Below are positions 43,394-53,866 of a stretch of DNA of 64,000 bases, one piece after another. The notes beneath the pieces were generated by a model. It saw only the letters and a list, made by a program, of their open reading frames with translations. It searched no databases and was not told where the DNA came from. Source of the stretch: Methanobacteriota archaeon (GTDB lineage: Archaea > Methanobacteriota > Methanobacteria > Methanobacteriales > Methanobacteriaceae); the NCBI GenBank assembly GCA_963787255.1, contig CAWBCJ010000025.1:32001-96000 (forward strand), in the 5' to 3' direction. The translations under genes were made by a program, and so were the position numbers. Each line of letters starts with the position of its first letter. Positions within the stretch are counted from its first letter, which is position 1.

Positions 43394-44080
43394 ATGATGA
43401 AAAAATCTCTAATTATTGTTATTGCCGGTCTTATTATAATCTCAGTATCAGCGGGATCCCTGGATTCGGGTATTCAGGTTAAAAATTCTTCTTTAGGCTC
43501 AGATAGCACTGGAAATGTTACAAAAATAGTTTATTCTAATAAAAACGTGCATGATCGTAAAATAGCTGTTATTTCGGGAATGCATCCTCGAGAAAAAGTT
43601 TCAATTAACGTTTCAGAAGATGCAGTAAAGAATTACGCACGATCAAATAAAGTGAACATTGTAAATTACGTTGTTGATGTGCATGAAAATATTGAGTATG
43701 TATCTTCTGGAAGAAAGAAAGGAGAAGAACTTGTAGCTAATTATATTGTTCCAGATATTGTAAAATCTGGTTACGATGTTGTAATTATATGTCACGACCA
43801 TAAAAAAGGTTATGGGGATGGATATTATGTTGCAATTCCCACTATGGACTCTAAATCATTAGCATTGGCTGAAGAGTTCCGTAAAATAAGCCCAGAATAT
43901 AAATATTATCAAAGAGACCCTGATAAGAAAGCTAAAAGCAAATCTATATTGAGGGTTGACACTCCAATTGCGGGATCGGGAACTCCTTTATTTGTTTATG
44001 AAATCCCTGAATGGGCGGGACATGATGAAGCTTATGATATAACCTATAAATTGATTGATACAGCCTATAAAATTCCTTAA
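43394..44080 (+). CDS. Tandem paralog of the preceding secreted protein
   Basis: Signal peptide; IAVISGMHPRE; IICHDH..GYGDGYY; VYEIPEW. Confidence 0.75.
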   Translation: MMKKSLIIVIAGLIIISVSAGSLDSGIQVKNSSLGSDSTGNVTKIVYSNKNVHDRKIAVISGMHPREKVSINVSEDAVKNYARSNKVNIVNYVVDVHENIEYVSSGRKKGEELVANYIVPDIVKSGYDVVIICHDHKKGYGDGYYVAIPTMDSKSLALAEEFRKISPEYKYYQRDPDKKAKSKSILRVDTPIAGSGTPLFVYEIPEWAGHDEAYDITYKLIDTAYKIP

Positions 44081-44119
44081 TTATTCAACTAATTTAATTT
44101 TTTTATGAAAGTTAATATT

Positions 44120-44359
44120 TTAAAAATAAAAAATACGGTATATAAATATCCCAATGGCTATGAAAGGAAGTATTACGTTAACTAGAATTAGAACTTCTCT
44201 TCTATCGAATTTTTTAGGAGTATATGCCCCTAAAAACATTGTAACAGTTAGTAATAACCATCCTAAAGCAGTTAAATACTCTTCAATGTTTAAGAAATAC
44301 AAAAACAATACAAAAAACAAGCACCCTATTATCAAGCTAATTCTATCATTTCGTTTCAT
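44120..44359 (-). CDS. Small 3-TM membrane protein
   Basis: 79 aa, three hydrophobic segments, AGGAG RBS upstream. Confidence 0.7.
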   Translation of the reverse strand: MKRNDRISLIIGCLFFVLFLYFLNIEEYLTALGWLLLTVTMFLGAYTPKKFDRREVLILVNVILPFIAIGIFIYRIFYF

Positions 44360-44851
44360 ATACTAATTTCTCCTGCTTTTATTACATTTTGTTAAATGTT
44401 TAATTTATATACTTTGAAATTAAGGATAAAAAATGAATCAACAATAAGAATACTTATTATGGTAGTTACAGTACCAAATGGCGATTTTTTCTTAAATAAC
44501 CAAGCTTTAGTCTTTATAGTTATTTTAATAGTTAAATTCATGGAAGTAAAAATCGATGAAGACGGCACCATGCTTTTAAAAGGTTCTCACATCACTATAA
44601 GATTATAATTCATCACAATCAAAATTTACGGAAAAGACATACTTGGAAGCACCGGGCTTGAAATAAATCTTTTAACTTCAATCTTTCTAATGTATTATAC
44701 GAGGTGCCATGATTTCGCGCTATTCATTTATTTACTGGAAATATGCACAATTTAAAAAAAGAAATAGCAATAAAAGCAAAATAACCCCAATCTAAAAAAA
44801 AGGGATATGGAAAGCAACAAATAATAAATTATTTGAAGGTTTAAAGGAGAT

Positions 44852-45370
44852 TTAGTACCAAACTTTTTTAATTCCAAGAAGATAAGCAATAATATTAGCT
44901 GAAAGATGTAAAATAATACTAATTATAAGTATCAATATGATCATATAAAATGGTAAAACTACAACAATTGAAGCGAATAATAATGCACCAACAACAAAAT
45001 CAAGCTGATCTAGAAATGGTGTGGGCCGACCCCTTTCAATCTTCATCCTTCTTTTAACGAAGCTTCCACAAGCGTCACCTATTAAAGCACCGCCACCTAG
45101 AAAGAATCCCAATAATATGCCTTGTAAGATATTTCCAGATATTATTCCTTGTATTAATCCAATTAAAGTTCCAATTCCCGTACCTATAAGCGTCCCGCGC
45201 CACGTAACACCATCACCGAATATTCTACGTCCATCTGTGAAATTCCGGCCAGAATCCAATGGTGGACCTCCGCCGAATGCCAGTGCTGCACTGTTTGCAA
45301 GATATGCCGGCAACATAAAGTATATTAAATATGCTAACATATTTAAAACACTGATAATAATTGTATCCAT
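44852..45370 (-). CDS. carS: CDP-archaeol synthase
   Basis: PAYLANS, PLDSG, GDGVTWRG, GDACGSFVKRR, LDQLDF, LGIKKVWY. Confidence 0.93.
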   Translation of the reverse strand: MDTIIISVLNMLAYLIYFMLPAYLANSAALAFGGGPPLDSGRNFTDGRRIFGDGVTWRGTLIGTGIGTLIGLIQGIISGNILQGILLGFFLGGGALIGDACGSFVKRRMKIERGRPTPFLDQLDFVVGALLFASIVVVLPFYMIILILIISIILHLSANIIAYLLGIKKVWY

Positions 45371-45442
45371 AGTTTTCCTCCTAATTAAAACAAGATAATA
45401 GTAATGTTATCGATTGAACTAATAAATAACTTTAATGGTGAG

Positions 45443-46975
45443 ATGATGGTCATAAAGAGAACCAAAAGCCTATGTCCAGAATGTCTTTCAGTTATAGATG
45501 CTGAAGTTTATGAAGACAAAGAAAAGATAATGATTAAAAAAGAATGCAAAGAACACGGTAATTTCAATAGTACTTATTGGGGAAGTAATGAACTCTACAA
45601 AAAAGCTTCAGAAAGCGAATTTAAAGGAGAAGGAATTGATAATCCCCAGACCCCTTCAGCAGATGATTGTCCATTAAATTGTGGAATGTGTGATGAACAT
45701 GAAAGCCAGACCATTCTGGGACTTATTGATGTAACAAATAGATGTAATTTAAAATGTCCCATTTGTTTTGCAAATGCAGCAGTTTCTAAAAAATTATACG
45801 AACCAAGTTATGAACAGATAAGAAAAATGCTCCAGAATTTAAGAGGCAATGAGCCTGTTCCTGCACCTGCAATTCAATACGCTGGTGGAGAACCCACAGT
45901 AAGAAAAGATATAGTAGATTTAGTCAAACTAGCCAAAGAAGAAGGATTTTCACACACACAAATTGCTACAAATGGGTTAAGACTCGCAAGAAATCCTGAA
46001 TTAGCCCTTGAATTAAAAGAAGCAGAATTAAACACAGTTTATCTTCAATTTGATGGAGTAACTGAAGAACCCTATCTTAAAATAAGAAATAAAAATATAC
46101 TCGAAACTAAAATAAAAGCAATAGAAAACTGCCGAAAAGCAGATTTAGGCGTAGTTCTAGTTCCTACAATTGTTAAAGGAATTAATGATCATCAAATAGG
46201 AGATATAATAAGATTTGCAGTTGATAATATTGATGTAATACGTGGAGTGAACTTCCAGCCTGTTTCATTTGCAGGCAGAACTCCTTCTAATGAAGTTGAA
46301 AAGCAGCGCATAACAATTCCTGATTTTGAAAATCTTGTAGAAAAACAAACAAATAGTAATATTAAAGTGGCAGACTTCCATCCTGCTTCATCTGTCTCCC
46401 CAATTTCAGAGTTTATAGAGGCCGTTGAAGGCGAAAAACAGGTTACATTCACATGTCATCATCATTGTGGTGTAGCTACTTACATATTTATTGAAGATGG
46501 AGAAATTATCCCCATTACCCAGTTTGTTGACGTTGATAGATTCTTTAATCTTCTCTCGAAGAGCGCAGAAGATATAAAAGATGGAGGAATTACAGGAAAA
46601 GCCAAAACCGTAGCTAGGGCAACAATGGAACTTCCAAGAACAATAGATAGATCAAAAGCACCAGATTCAGTTGACATTAAAAATATATTGACTTCAGTAT
46701 TCCGAGAAAGATCTTACACATCACTTGGAGATTTCCATCACAAAACACTGCTTATTGCATGCATGCACTTTATGGACCCTTGGAATTTCGACCAGGATAG
46801 AGTAAGAAGATGCGTAATTCACTATGCAGTACCTGATGGAAGAATAATACCCTTCTGTTCTATGAACACACTCTACAGGGAAGAAATAGAGAATAAATTT
46901 GCTGTACCTCTAAAAAAAGAAGAAATTACGCAAAGTAACCGTTTTGAGCCTTTAAATAAAAGTAAAGAATATTAA
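45443..46975 (+). CDS. tes: Tetraether lipid synthase (GDGT-MAS/MJ0619-type radical SAM)
   Basis: SLCPEC...C.EHG N-terminus, CPLNCGMC..H, CNLKCPIC (CxxxCxxC), FMDPWNFD..RV.RCVIHY, IPFC; ATG 45443 after GGTGA. Confidence 0.9.
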   Translation: MMVIKRTKSLCPECLSVIDAEVYEDKEKIMIKKECKEHGNFNSTYWGSNELYKKASESEFKGEGIDNPQTPSADDCPLNCGMCDEHESQTILGLIDVTNRCNLKCPICFANAAVSKKLYEPSYEQIRKMLQNLRGNEPVPAPAIQYAGGEPTVRKDIVDLVKLAKEEGFSHTQIATNGLRLARNPELALELKEAELNTVYLQFDGVTEEPYLKIRNKNILETKIKAIENCRKADLGVVLVPTIVKGINDHQIGDIIRFAVDNIDVIRGVNFQPVSFAGRTPSNEVEKQRITIPDFENLVEKQTNSNIKVADFHPASSVSPISEFIEAVEGEKQVTFTCHHHCGVATYIFIEDGEIIPITQFVDVDRFFNLLSKSAEDIKDGGITGKAKTVARATMELPRTIDRSKAPDSVDIKNILTSVFRERSYTSLGDFHHKTLLIACMHFMDPWNFDQDRVRRCVIHYAVPDGRIIPFCSMNTLYREEIENKFAVPLKKEEITQSNRFEPLNKSKEY

Positions 46976-47071
46976 TTACTATACATATCCTATTTAATTT
47001 ATTTTAAATACGTAAAAATTATTTCAGACACTGATTCCAGTCTTTAAAATAGATCAAAGGTTTTTATAAAA

Positions 47072-48058
47072 ATGATCATCAAAACTCCATCAAGGCTTCA
47101 TTTAACTTTAATTGATCTTAATGGGGCTCTTGGCAGAATCGATGGCGGAGTGGGATTAACTATTGAAAACCCAAGCCTTACTCTCCAGGCAGAGTCTGGA
47201 AATAATGGTATTGAAATCATTTTTGAAGATAAAAGCCATAGCAAAAAATTAATGAACGATTACAGGGAGAAAATAGAAAATTCAGCAAAAAAAATGCTTG
47301 AATTTCTGAAAATCAATTCTGGATTCAAATTTAATGTAAAAGAAACCTATCCTGCTCATTCAGGTCTGGGATCAGGTACTCAAATTTCTCTTGCAGTTGG
47401 AAAGATTATCTTAAAGCTTAATAATATGGATATGACCGCTCCTGAGATAGCTAAAATTGTAGGAAGGGGTGGAACTTCCGGTATTGGTGTTAGAGCATTT
47501 GATCATGGGGGATTTATTATTGATGGCGGACATAGAATTGATGAGAAACCTGATTTTTTACCCTCATCGGCTTCTAAAGCTTTACCCGCACCATTAATTA
47601 CAAGATATGATTTTCCAGAAGATTGGAATATTATACTTGCAATACCCAATGTTCCGGCGGGTGCATCAGGGCCTAAAGAAGTTAATATATTCCAAAAATA
47701 CTGTCCAATTCCTCTAGAAGAAGTACAGAAATTATCTCATATTTTGCTTATGAAAATGATGCCTGCAGTGGTTGAGGCTGATATAAGTTCATTTGGAGAT
47801 TCAATTAACCAGATTCAAAATACTGGATTTAAAAAAGTAGAATTGGAGCTTCAACATCCTTTAATCACTACTTTAATTAAAAATATGAGATATGCAGGTG
47901 CAGTAGGTGTGGGTATGAGTTCATTTGGACCTACAGTATATGCAATCACTGATAATAATTCAAAAGAGATATCCAAAGTCGCTCAAGATACCATAAAAGA
48001 AGTAGGCGGTAAATTAATCGTTACAAAAGCGCAAAATAGCGGTGCTATTATCCAATAA
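47072..48058 (+). CDS. mptG: Beta-ribofuranosylaminobenzene 5'-phosphate synthase (methanopterin biosynthesis)
   Basis: TPSRLH, HSGLGSGTQ, GRGGTSGIG, FLPSSAS, GMSSFGP. Confidence 0.9.
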   Translation: MIIKTPSRLHLTLIDLNGALGRIDGGVGLTIENPSLTLQAESGNNGIEIIFEDKSHSKKLMNDYREKIENSAKKMLEFLKINSGFKFNVKETYPAHSGLGSGTQISLAVGKIILKLNNMDMTAPEIAKIVGRGGTSGIGVRAFDHGGFIIDGGHRIDEKPDFLPSSASKALPAPLITRYDFPEDWNIILAIPNVPAGASGPKEVNIFQKYCPIPLEEVQKLSHILLMKMMPAVVEADISSFGDSINQIQNTGFKKVELELQHPLITTLIKNMRYAGAVGVGMSSFGPTVYAITDNNSKEISKVAQDTIKEVGGKLIVTKAQNSGAIIQ

Positions 48059-48180
48059 TTTATTATAAAAAATGGACAGATTAAATTTATGAATAATTTA
48101 TAATGGTACAGTGATAAATAATAGTTAGTGTTATTTAGATAAAGTTATAATTTTTTTTGTAGTTAACTAAAGATCTAATA

Positions 48181-48678
48181 ATGATTCATATGATGGAAAA
48201 AATACAAGGAAAAGTATGGAAATTTGGAGATAATATTGATACTGACGTTATAATTCCTGGAAGGTATCTTAGAACATTTAGTTTAGATGATCTTGCTGCA
48301 CATGTAATGGAAGGAGTGGATCCTGATTTTGCAGAGAATGTGGAAAATGGAGACATTATAGTAGCTCGCGAGAATTTTGGATGTGGATCGTCAAGAGAAC
48401 AGGCTCCTGTGGCTTTAAAACATGCGGGAGTTTCTGCAATAGTTGCAAAGTCATTTGCCAGAATATTTTATCGTAACGCTGTAAATATTGGATTACCAGT
48501 TATCGTTGCACAAATAAATGCTACAAGTGGTGATGTTTTAAAAATCGATCTTGAAAAAGGCATTATAATTAATGTTACAACAAATGAAAGTTTTAAGATT
48601 GAACCATTTAAAAAATTCATGTTAGATATCTTAAAAGAGGGTGGACTTGTAAACCATTACCTTGAAAAGAAAGAATGA
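48181..48678 (+). CDS. hacB: Homoaconitase/isopropylmalate isomerase small subunit (YLRT loop suggests homoaconitase, coenzyme B pathway)
   Basis: DNIDTDVIIPGRYLRT, NFGCGSSREQA, SFARIFYRN. Confidence 0.8.
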   Translation: MIHMMEKIQGKVWKFGDNIDTDVIIPGRYLRTFSLDDLAAHVMEGVDPDFAENVENGDIIVARENFGCGSSREQAPVALKHAGVSAIVAKSFARIFYRNAVNIGLPVIVAQINATSGDVLKIDLEKGIIINVTTNESFKIEPFKKFMLDILKEGGLVNHYLEKKE

Positions 48679-48801
48679 TAGCTTTTTAATCTTATTGAAT
48701 TTCTAATTTTTTTAAATTAATAAATTACTAAAAATTACTTAATAAATAGAAAACAAAAAATAAAATATTAAATAATATTTATATTAATAGAGGAAAAATA
48801 A

Positions 48802-49440
48802 ATGAAATGCCCTGTTTGTGAATCTGAATCCTTTGAAGTGTTAAAATCCAAAGGAAAACATTCAAAAGATCTTCTTTTGCAATGTAATGAATGTAGTAAT
48901 GTTTACAGAGAAATTATAAGTAGAGAAAAACCTGTAGATATCAGAATAGTTATTAGTGAATTTGAATCTTCAAAAAAAGAATATGTTAAGCTCTATCCTG
49001 ACGAAGAACTGCAGGTAGATGATATTCTTGAAATTGGTGATAAAGAGGTGGCAATAACCTCAATCGAAACCAAAAAAGGTGGAAGGATATACCATAGTCA
49101 AGTATCTGATATAGAAACTATTTGGGCTTCATCACTGGATATTCCGGCAAGAGTGGGAATTTCTGTGGATTTTGGAGGAAGAATAATTTCTAAAAAGGTG
49201 CATATGGATAGAGATTTTGAATTTCATGTGGGAGATGTAATTAAACTTGGGAATCTTATTTTCAAAGTAAACTCCATTAAAACTTTGGAGAGGAAAGTTA
49301 GAAAAGGCTTTGCAAAAGCAGATGTAACTAAAAGAGTATATGGAAAGCCTTTAGATAACAATGAGAGGTATAAATACGATTTAAGCTCGAATGTAGTAGA
49401 AGTTATTAATGTAGAAGAAAGTACTAATGTGGTAGAATGA
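48802..49440 (+). CDS. HVO_0476-family zinc-finger protein
   Basis: CPVC...CNEC N-terminus; overlaps the pcm start. Confidence 0.8.
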   Translation: MKCPVCESESFEVLKSKGKHSKDLLLQCNECSNVYREIISREKPVDIRIVISEFESSKKEYVKLYPDEELQVDDILEIGDKEVAITSIETKKGGRIYHSQVSDIETIWASSLDIPARVGISVDFGGRIISKKVHMDRDFEFHVGDVIKLGNLIFKVNSIKTLERKVRKGFAKADVTKRVYGKPLDNNERYKYDLSSNVVEVINVEESTNVVE

Positions 49441-50093
49441 TAAATGAAAGGAAAGAACTAGTTAGAAGACTTTCAAAAAGCGGTTATATAAAAACAGAAA
49501 AAGTAAGAAAGGCTATGGGAACTGTTCCCAGAGAGGAATTTTTACCTGCTTCAAACAGGCCTTATGCATACGTTGATCAACCATTACCTATAGGTAAAGG
49601 TCAGACAATATCAGCACCCCATATGGTGGCCATGATATGTGAAATACTCGAGCTTGAAGAAGGTATGAAAGTATTGGAGATAGGTACGGGTTTTGGATAT
49701 AATGCAGCTGTTGTTGCACAGATCATTGGTGAAAAAGGCCAGTTATATAGTATAGAACGTATAGATTCGCTTGCAGAACTTGCAAAAGATAATCTTAAGC
49801 GAACAGGCCTTGGAGATAATGTGACAATTATTGTTGGGGATGGAACAAAAGGATATAAAGAAGAAGCTCCTTTTGATAGAATTTATGGTACAGCAAGTGC
49901 TCCTTCGGTACCAGAACCGCTCAAAGAGCAGTTAAGAATTGGTGGAATTATGTTAATTCCAGTAGGGGAGCAGCAGTATTTCCAGGATCTTGTTTACATT
50001 AAAAGAGAATCAGAAGACAAATATGAAAGGAAAAGTATAGGTGGAGTTGCTTTTGTTCCTATGATAGGGGAACATGGCTGGCCTGAAAAGTAA
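49437..50093 (+). CDS. pcm: Protein-L-isoaspartate O-methyltransferase
   Basis: GQTISAPHMV, LEIGTGFGY, APFDRI, VAFVPMIG. Confidence 0.95.
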   Translation: MINERKELVRRLSKSGYIKTEKVRKAMGTVPREEFLPASNRPYAYVDQPLPIGKGQTISAPHMVAMICEILELEEGMKVLEIGTGFGYNAAVVAQIIGEKGQLYSIERIDSLAELAKDNLKRTGLGDNVTIIVGDGTKGYKEEAPFDRIYGTASAPSVPEPLKEQLRIGGIMLIPVGEQQYFQDLVYIKRESEDKYERKSIGGVAFVPMIGEHGWPEK

Positions 50094-50206
50094 TTTCAAT
50101 AATATATTTAAATAGAATTAACTTATTTTATAGAACTGATTTTTAGATATTAATTATAATTTATCAAATTAAATAACATGTTTTTAAATTCAGGATTCAT
50201 GATAAT

Positions 50207-51499
50207 ATGAAGGTTTACATTGAAACATTCGGCTGCACATTTAACCAGGGCGATTCGCAGATAATGGCTGGACTTTTAAAGGAAAATAATGCTGAAATAG
50301 TGGAAGAAGCTGAAGATGCGGATGTAATAATAGTAAATACGTGCTATGTTAAGCATCCGACAGAACAGAAGGTTTTAAATAGAATTCAAGGTGTTCAAAG
50401 GGAATTTCCTGATAAAAAATTAATTATTTCTGGATGTATGGTGGAGATCGATTCTGAAAAACTTAAAAAAGCTGCACCATCTGCTGGGTGGATTGGTCCA
50501 CGTCAAATTAAATCAACTGTGGATGTTGTAGAATCATGTCTTGATGGTGAGAGTGCGAGAATTATTGGGCATGGGACTGATATTAAAGCAGGACTTCCAA
50601 AGGTACGTTTTAATCCAAAGATACATATAGTTCAAATATGTGAGGGATGCACAGGTAAGTGCACTTACTGCTGCACCCGATTTGCAAGAGGCACACTACA
50701 GAGTTATCCGGTTAATATCATTATAAAGGAAGTAGAAGATGCAGTAAAGGATGGATGCGTTGAGATTCAGCTTACAGCACAGGATACCGCCGCATACGGA
50801 AAGGATATTGGGAAAACATTAGCCGAGCTTATAAACGAAATTACCAGTATTCCTGGCGAATTTAGAATTAGAATTGGAATGCTACACCCAAAAAGCATAA
50901 TTGGGAACATTGAAAAATTAGTTGAAGCTTTCAATCATGAAAATGTTTACAAATTCCTGCATATTCCCATTCAAAGTGGAAACGACTCCGTATTAAATGA
51001 TATGAACCGCGGACACACAGTAGCACAATTTAAAGAAATAATATCAAAATTTAGAGAAGAAATACCTGAAATTTCAATTGCTACCGATATTATTGTAGGT
51101 TATCCAACAGAAACTGATGAAGCTTTTGAGGATACTTTAAATATAATCCGGGAAACTAAGCCAGATTTTATACACATTTCAAAATACAGGCACAGACCAA
51201 TGACAGAATCATCAATTCTGCCAGAAATTAAGCATAATGCAATGAAAAAACGTTCTAAAGCATTAAATGAGTTAAAAACTGATATTCTTTATGAAAATAA
51301 TCTTAAAATAATTGGAGAAGAACGTAAAATATTAATTACAGAAAAAGGAAGTAAAGGGGGATACATTGGAAGAACCAATTCTTACAAGCCAGTAATTGTA
51401 CCTGAAGGTCAAATTGGAAGCTTTGTAAAAGTAAAAATAGAAGAAGCCACCAGTACATATTTAAAAGGCCATATTATCATGATTTTAAATAAATTATAA
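50207..51499 (+). CDS. tRNA t6A methylthiotransferase (archaeal/eukaryotic MtaB/CDKAL1 type)
   Basis: TFGCTFN, NTC.VK, SGCM, GCTGKCTYC, IQSGND, DIIVGYP, C-terminal TRAM domain. Confidence 0.9.
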   Translation: MKVYIETFGCTFNQGDSQIMAGLLKENNAEIVEEAEDADVIIVNTCYVKHPTEQKVLNRIQGVQREFPDKKLIISGCMVEIDSEKLKKAAPSAGWIGPRQIKSTVDVVESCLDGESARIIGHGTDIKAGLPKVRFNPKIHIVQICEGCTGKCTYCCTRFARGTLQSYPVNIIIKEVEDAVKDGCVEIQLTAQDTAAYGKDIGKTLAELINEITSIPGEFRIRIGMLHPKSIIGNIEKLVEAFNHENVYKFLHIPIQSGNDSVLNDMNRGHTVAQFKEIISKFREEIPEISIATDIIVGYPTETDEAFEDTLNIIRETKPDFIHISKYRHRPMTESSILPEIKHNAMKKRSKALNELKTDILYENNLKIIGEERKILITEKGSKGGYIGRTNSYKPVIVPEGQIGSFVKVKIEEATSTYLKGHIIMILNKL

Positions 51500-51501
51500 A
51501 C

Positions 51502-51705
51502 TTATCTTCTCCAAGAAAGCTTTTTTGAGATTTTATCCATCTTTCGAGCTTCTTTAATATTTTTTTCAATATTACCATCTTCTATAACAATAGAACCTTC
51601 GTATCCACAGTTTCTGCATTTCCATATACCAGTACCCTCATAACGATACTCATACTTTATTTTATTGGATTTACATTGGGGGCAGAAAGTTTTTTTAGCC
51701 ATCAT
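51502..51705 (-). CDS. Small zinc-ribbon protein
   Basis: CPQCKS...WKCRNCGY; GGTGA RBS upstream. Confidence 0.8.
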   Translation of the reverse strand: MMAKKTFCPQCKSNKIKYEYRYEGTGIWKCRNCGYEGSIVIEDGNIEKNIKEARKMDKISKKLSWRR

Positions 51706-51818
51706 TATTCACCAAAGTAATATTAGCTAATTAATATAAAATTTTTTGCTGATCAAATGAGGTTAGCTTGACTAAAATGTAGTATTATTATTGAAAATAA
51801 GGAATTTAGAATAATAGT

Positions 51819-51969
<151 letters not shown>

Positions 51970-52000
51970 GGAGTGCGTCTACCTTGAATATAGATGTATT

Positions 52001-52018
52001 CATATATAACCTTTTCCC
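52001..52018 (-). promoter_or_regulatory. BRE-TATA promoter of the tRNA pair
   Basis: Minus strand GGAAAAGGTTATATATG about 32 nt upstream of tRNA-Val. Confidence 0.7.
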
Positions 52019-52322
52019 TATTCCACTGAATTTATTAGTGAAATAGTAAAATAAAATAAATTATTCTGATTTTTTCCATTTATTTCTCATTAAACGTGCT
52101 TAAATTATTTACTGCAGCTTAATCAGGAGTGTTATACACAACTCTGCTTATTAATTTAAAATAAATAATTAATATATCTTTATAGATTAATTAAACAAAA
52201 TTAGCCCATATTATGGATATTAAGAGATAATAACGAACTATTTAATTAAAACACAAGACAGTAAATATAAATAGTAGTAAAGTAACCTATTATGTATATA
52301 AGTACGCTAAGAGGGTTAAAAT

Positions 52323-52730
52323 ATGGATGTAGAACCAATAAAAACAACAGTAGAAGAGCTTTTAAAGGTATTAGCCACTGATAATGTGATAGGAGAAACA
52401 ATAGAAACTGAGGATAAACTACTTATCCCGGTTACAAAATTTGGAATGGCTTTTGGTGCCGGAAGCGGTGAAGGTCAAGGTCCTGCAAATCAAGGAGGAG
52501 GTAAAGGCAGCGGAGCTGGTGGAGGAGCTGGTATTGAGCCCATAGCCATGATAGTTGTCTTCAAAGGAGTAGAAGGTCCAGAAGGTGTAAGAGTAATGCA
52601 TTTAACTCCACCTAACCCTATAGGCAGGGCTATATCTGAAGCAGTACCTGCAGTAATAGATCTCATGAAAGAGAGTAAGGAAACTGTTAAAGATTTAACA
52701 AAAGAGGAAAAGAAAGAAGAAACAGAATAA
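52323..52730 (+). CDS. GerW/YtfJ-family protein
   Basis: VIGETIE..D..LIPV...GMAFGAGSG...GGGAGIEPIA pattern. Confidence 0.85.
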   Translation: MDVEPIKTTVEELLKVLATDNVIGETIETEDKLLIPVTKFGMAFGAGSGEGQGPANQGGGKGSGAGGGAGIEPIAMIVVFKGVEGPEGVRVMHLTPPNPIGRAISEAVPAVIDLMKESKETVKDLTKEEKKEETE

Positions 52731-52778
52731 AAATTCACTTTCGCCTCTAATTTTTTTAAATAAAAGAGTGATCCTAAA

Positions 52779-53378
52779 TTGATCCTTGCAATTGCCATTA
52801 TACTAATTTTAATACTATTTTTAGTGTGTATTCTGGTGATTCCATTTAATATTTTTCTTAATTTGAATGTTAATGGTTTAAAGATCAATGGATATTTCAA
52901 ATTAACATGGATGAAAATTAAATTATTCCGAAGGGAATTTCCAGATAAAGAAATTAAAGAAAAGAAGAAAAAAAAGAAAGAAATTAAAGAGGAAGACAAA
53001 GAACAAAAATTTGATATTGGAAGGCTTCCCCGGATAATTTCACTCCTTTATGAATCTTCACCGCATTTAATGCGAATTTTCAACGCATTTTTGAAATCAA
53101 CCAATTTTCAAAAATTTTCCTTCAAATTAATACTAGGATTAGGTAGTCCTTATGATACAGCACTGATAAGTGGCTATTTATATGCTTTAATGCCTTTACT
53201 GAATTTAATACCGAAATCATGCTTCATTTTTGAACCTAATTTCCAAAAAGAAGGAGTAGAAGCAAATATAAATTTAAAGATTAGAATAAAGCTTTTATGG
53301 ATAGTAATTGAATCACTAAAGGTAATTACTAAAAAACCCGTCAGATCTCTTTTAAATGAACTTAGAAAAATGAGATGA
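52779..53378 (+). CDS. DUF2953 (YtfI-like) membrane-anchored protein
   Basis: N-terminal TM ending in IP; LGLGSPYDTALISG, EPNF; adjacent to gerW. Confidence 0.75.
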   Translation: MILAIAIILILILFLVCILVIPFNIFLNLNVNGLKINGYFKLTWMKIKLFRREFPDKEIKEKKKKKKEIKEEDKEQKFDIGRLPRIISLLYESSPHLMRIFNAFLKSTNFQKFSFKLILGLGSPYDTALISGYLYALMPLLNLIPKSCFIFEPNFQKEGVEANINLKIRIKLLWIVIESLKVITKKPVRSLLNELRKMR

Positions 53379-53384
53379 ACAATA

Positions 53385-53648
53385 ATGATGGAAATAAATT
53401 TATTTAAAGATTTAAATGTTGAAAAAAAGGTTTTAAAACCATTTCAAATTGAGGAACGGATTTTTTTCCCAGTAATTGAAATTATAACGATAGAAGGCGA
53501 AAACCATTTTAATTCTATAAATATTTCCCCAATCGCGTTTATAGTTGAAGAAAATGCTCATAAATATATTATTTCAATAAATAGAGATGAAATTGACGAA
53601 GATGAACTTTTTGAACTGTTATCACTTGCTCCACAATATAAAAAGTAA
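53385..53648 (+). CDS. Small hypothetical protein resembling a Gly-loop-less GerW core
   Basis: KPFQIEERIFFPV...ISPIAFIV parallels GerW (ETIETEDKLLIPV...IEPIAMIV). Confidence 0.65.
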   Translation: MMEINLFKDLNVEKKVLKPFQIEERIFFPVIEIITIEGENHFNSINISPIAFIVEENAHKYIISINRDEIDEDELFELLSLAPQYKK

Positions 53649-53866
53649 TTAGATTATATTTAATACTAGTATCATCCACTTAATGATTTCTAGAAGTATT
53701 AGATTTTAAAAATACAGATTCTTTAAGACTAACGCTTGTTAATAATTTAATTGAACAATTTGATGGTGAAATTAGATCTTAATATTAAAAAAGTGGGGGA
53801 CAAGATTACATTTAGTGAAACATATAAAAGCTAATTTAAAATAAAAAAAATAGGATTTAAGAATCT

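Noticed and set aside
44396-44608. 70-aa ORF between the small membrane gene and carS
   Set aside because: No RBS or recognisable motif; cannot be supported as a gene.
52105-52150. Weak hairpin upstream of gerW as a possible ncRNA or riboswitch
   Set aside because: Only a short imperfect stem with no recognisable family motif.
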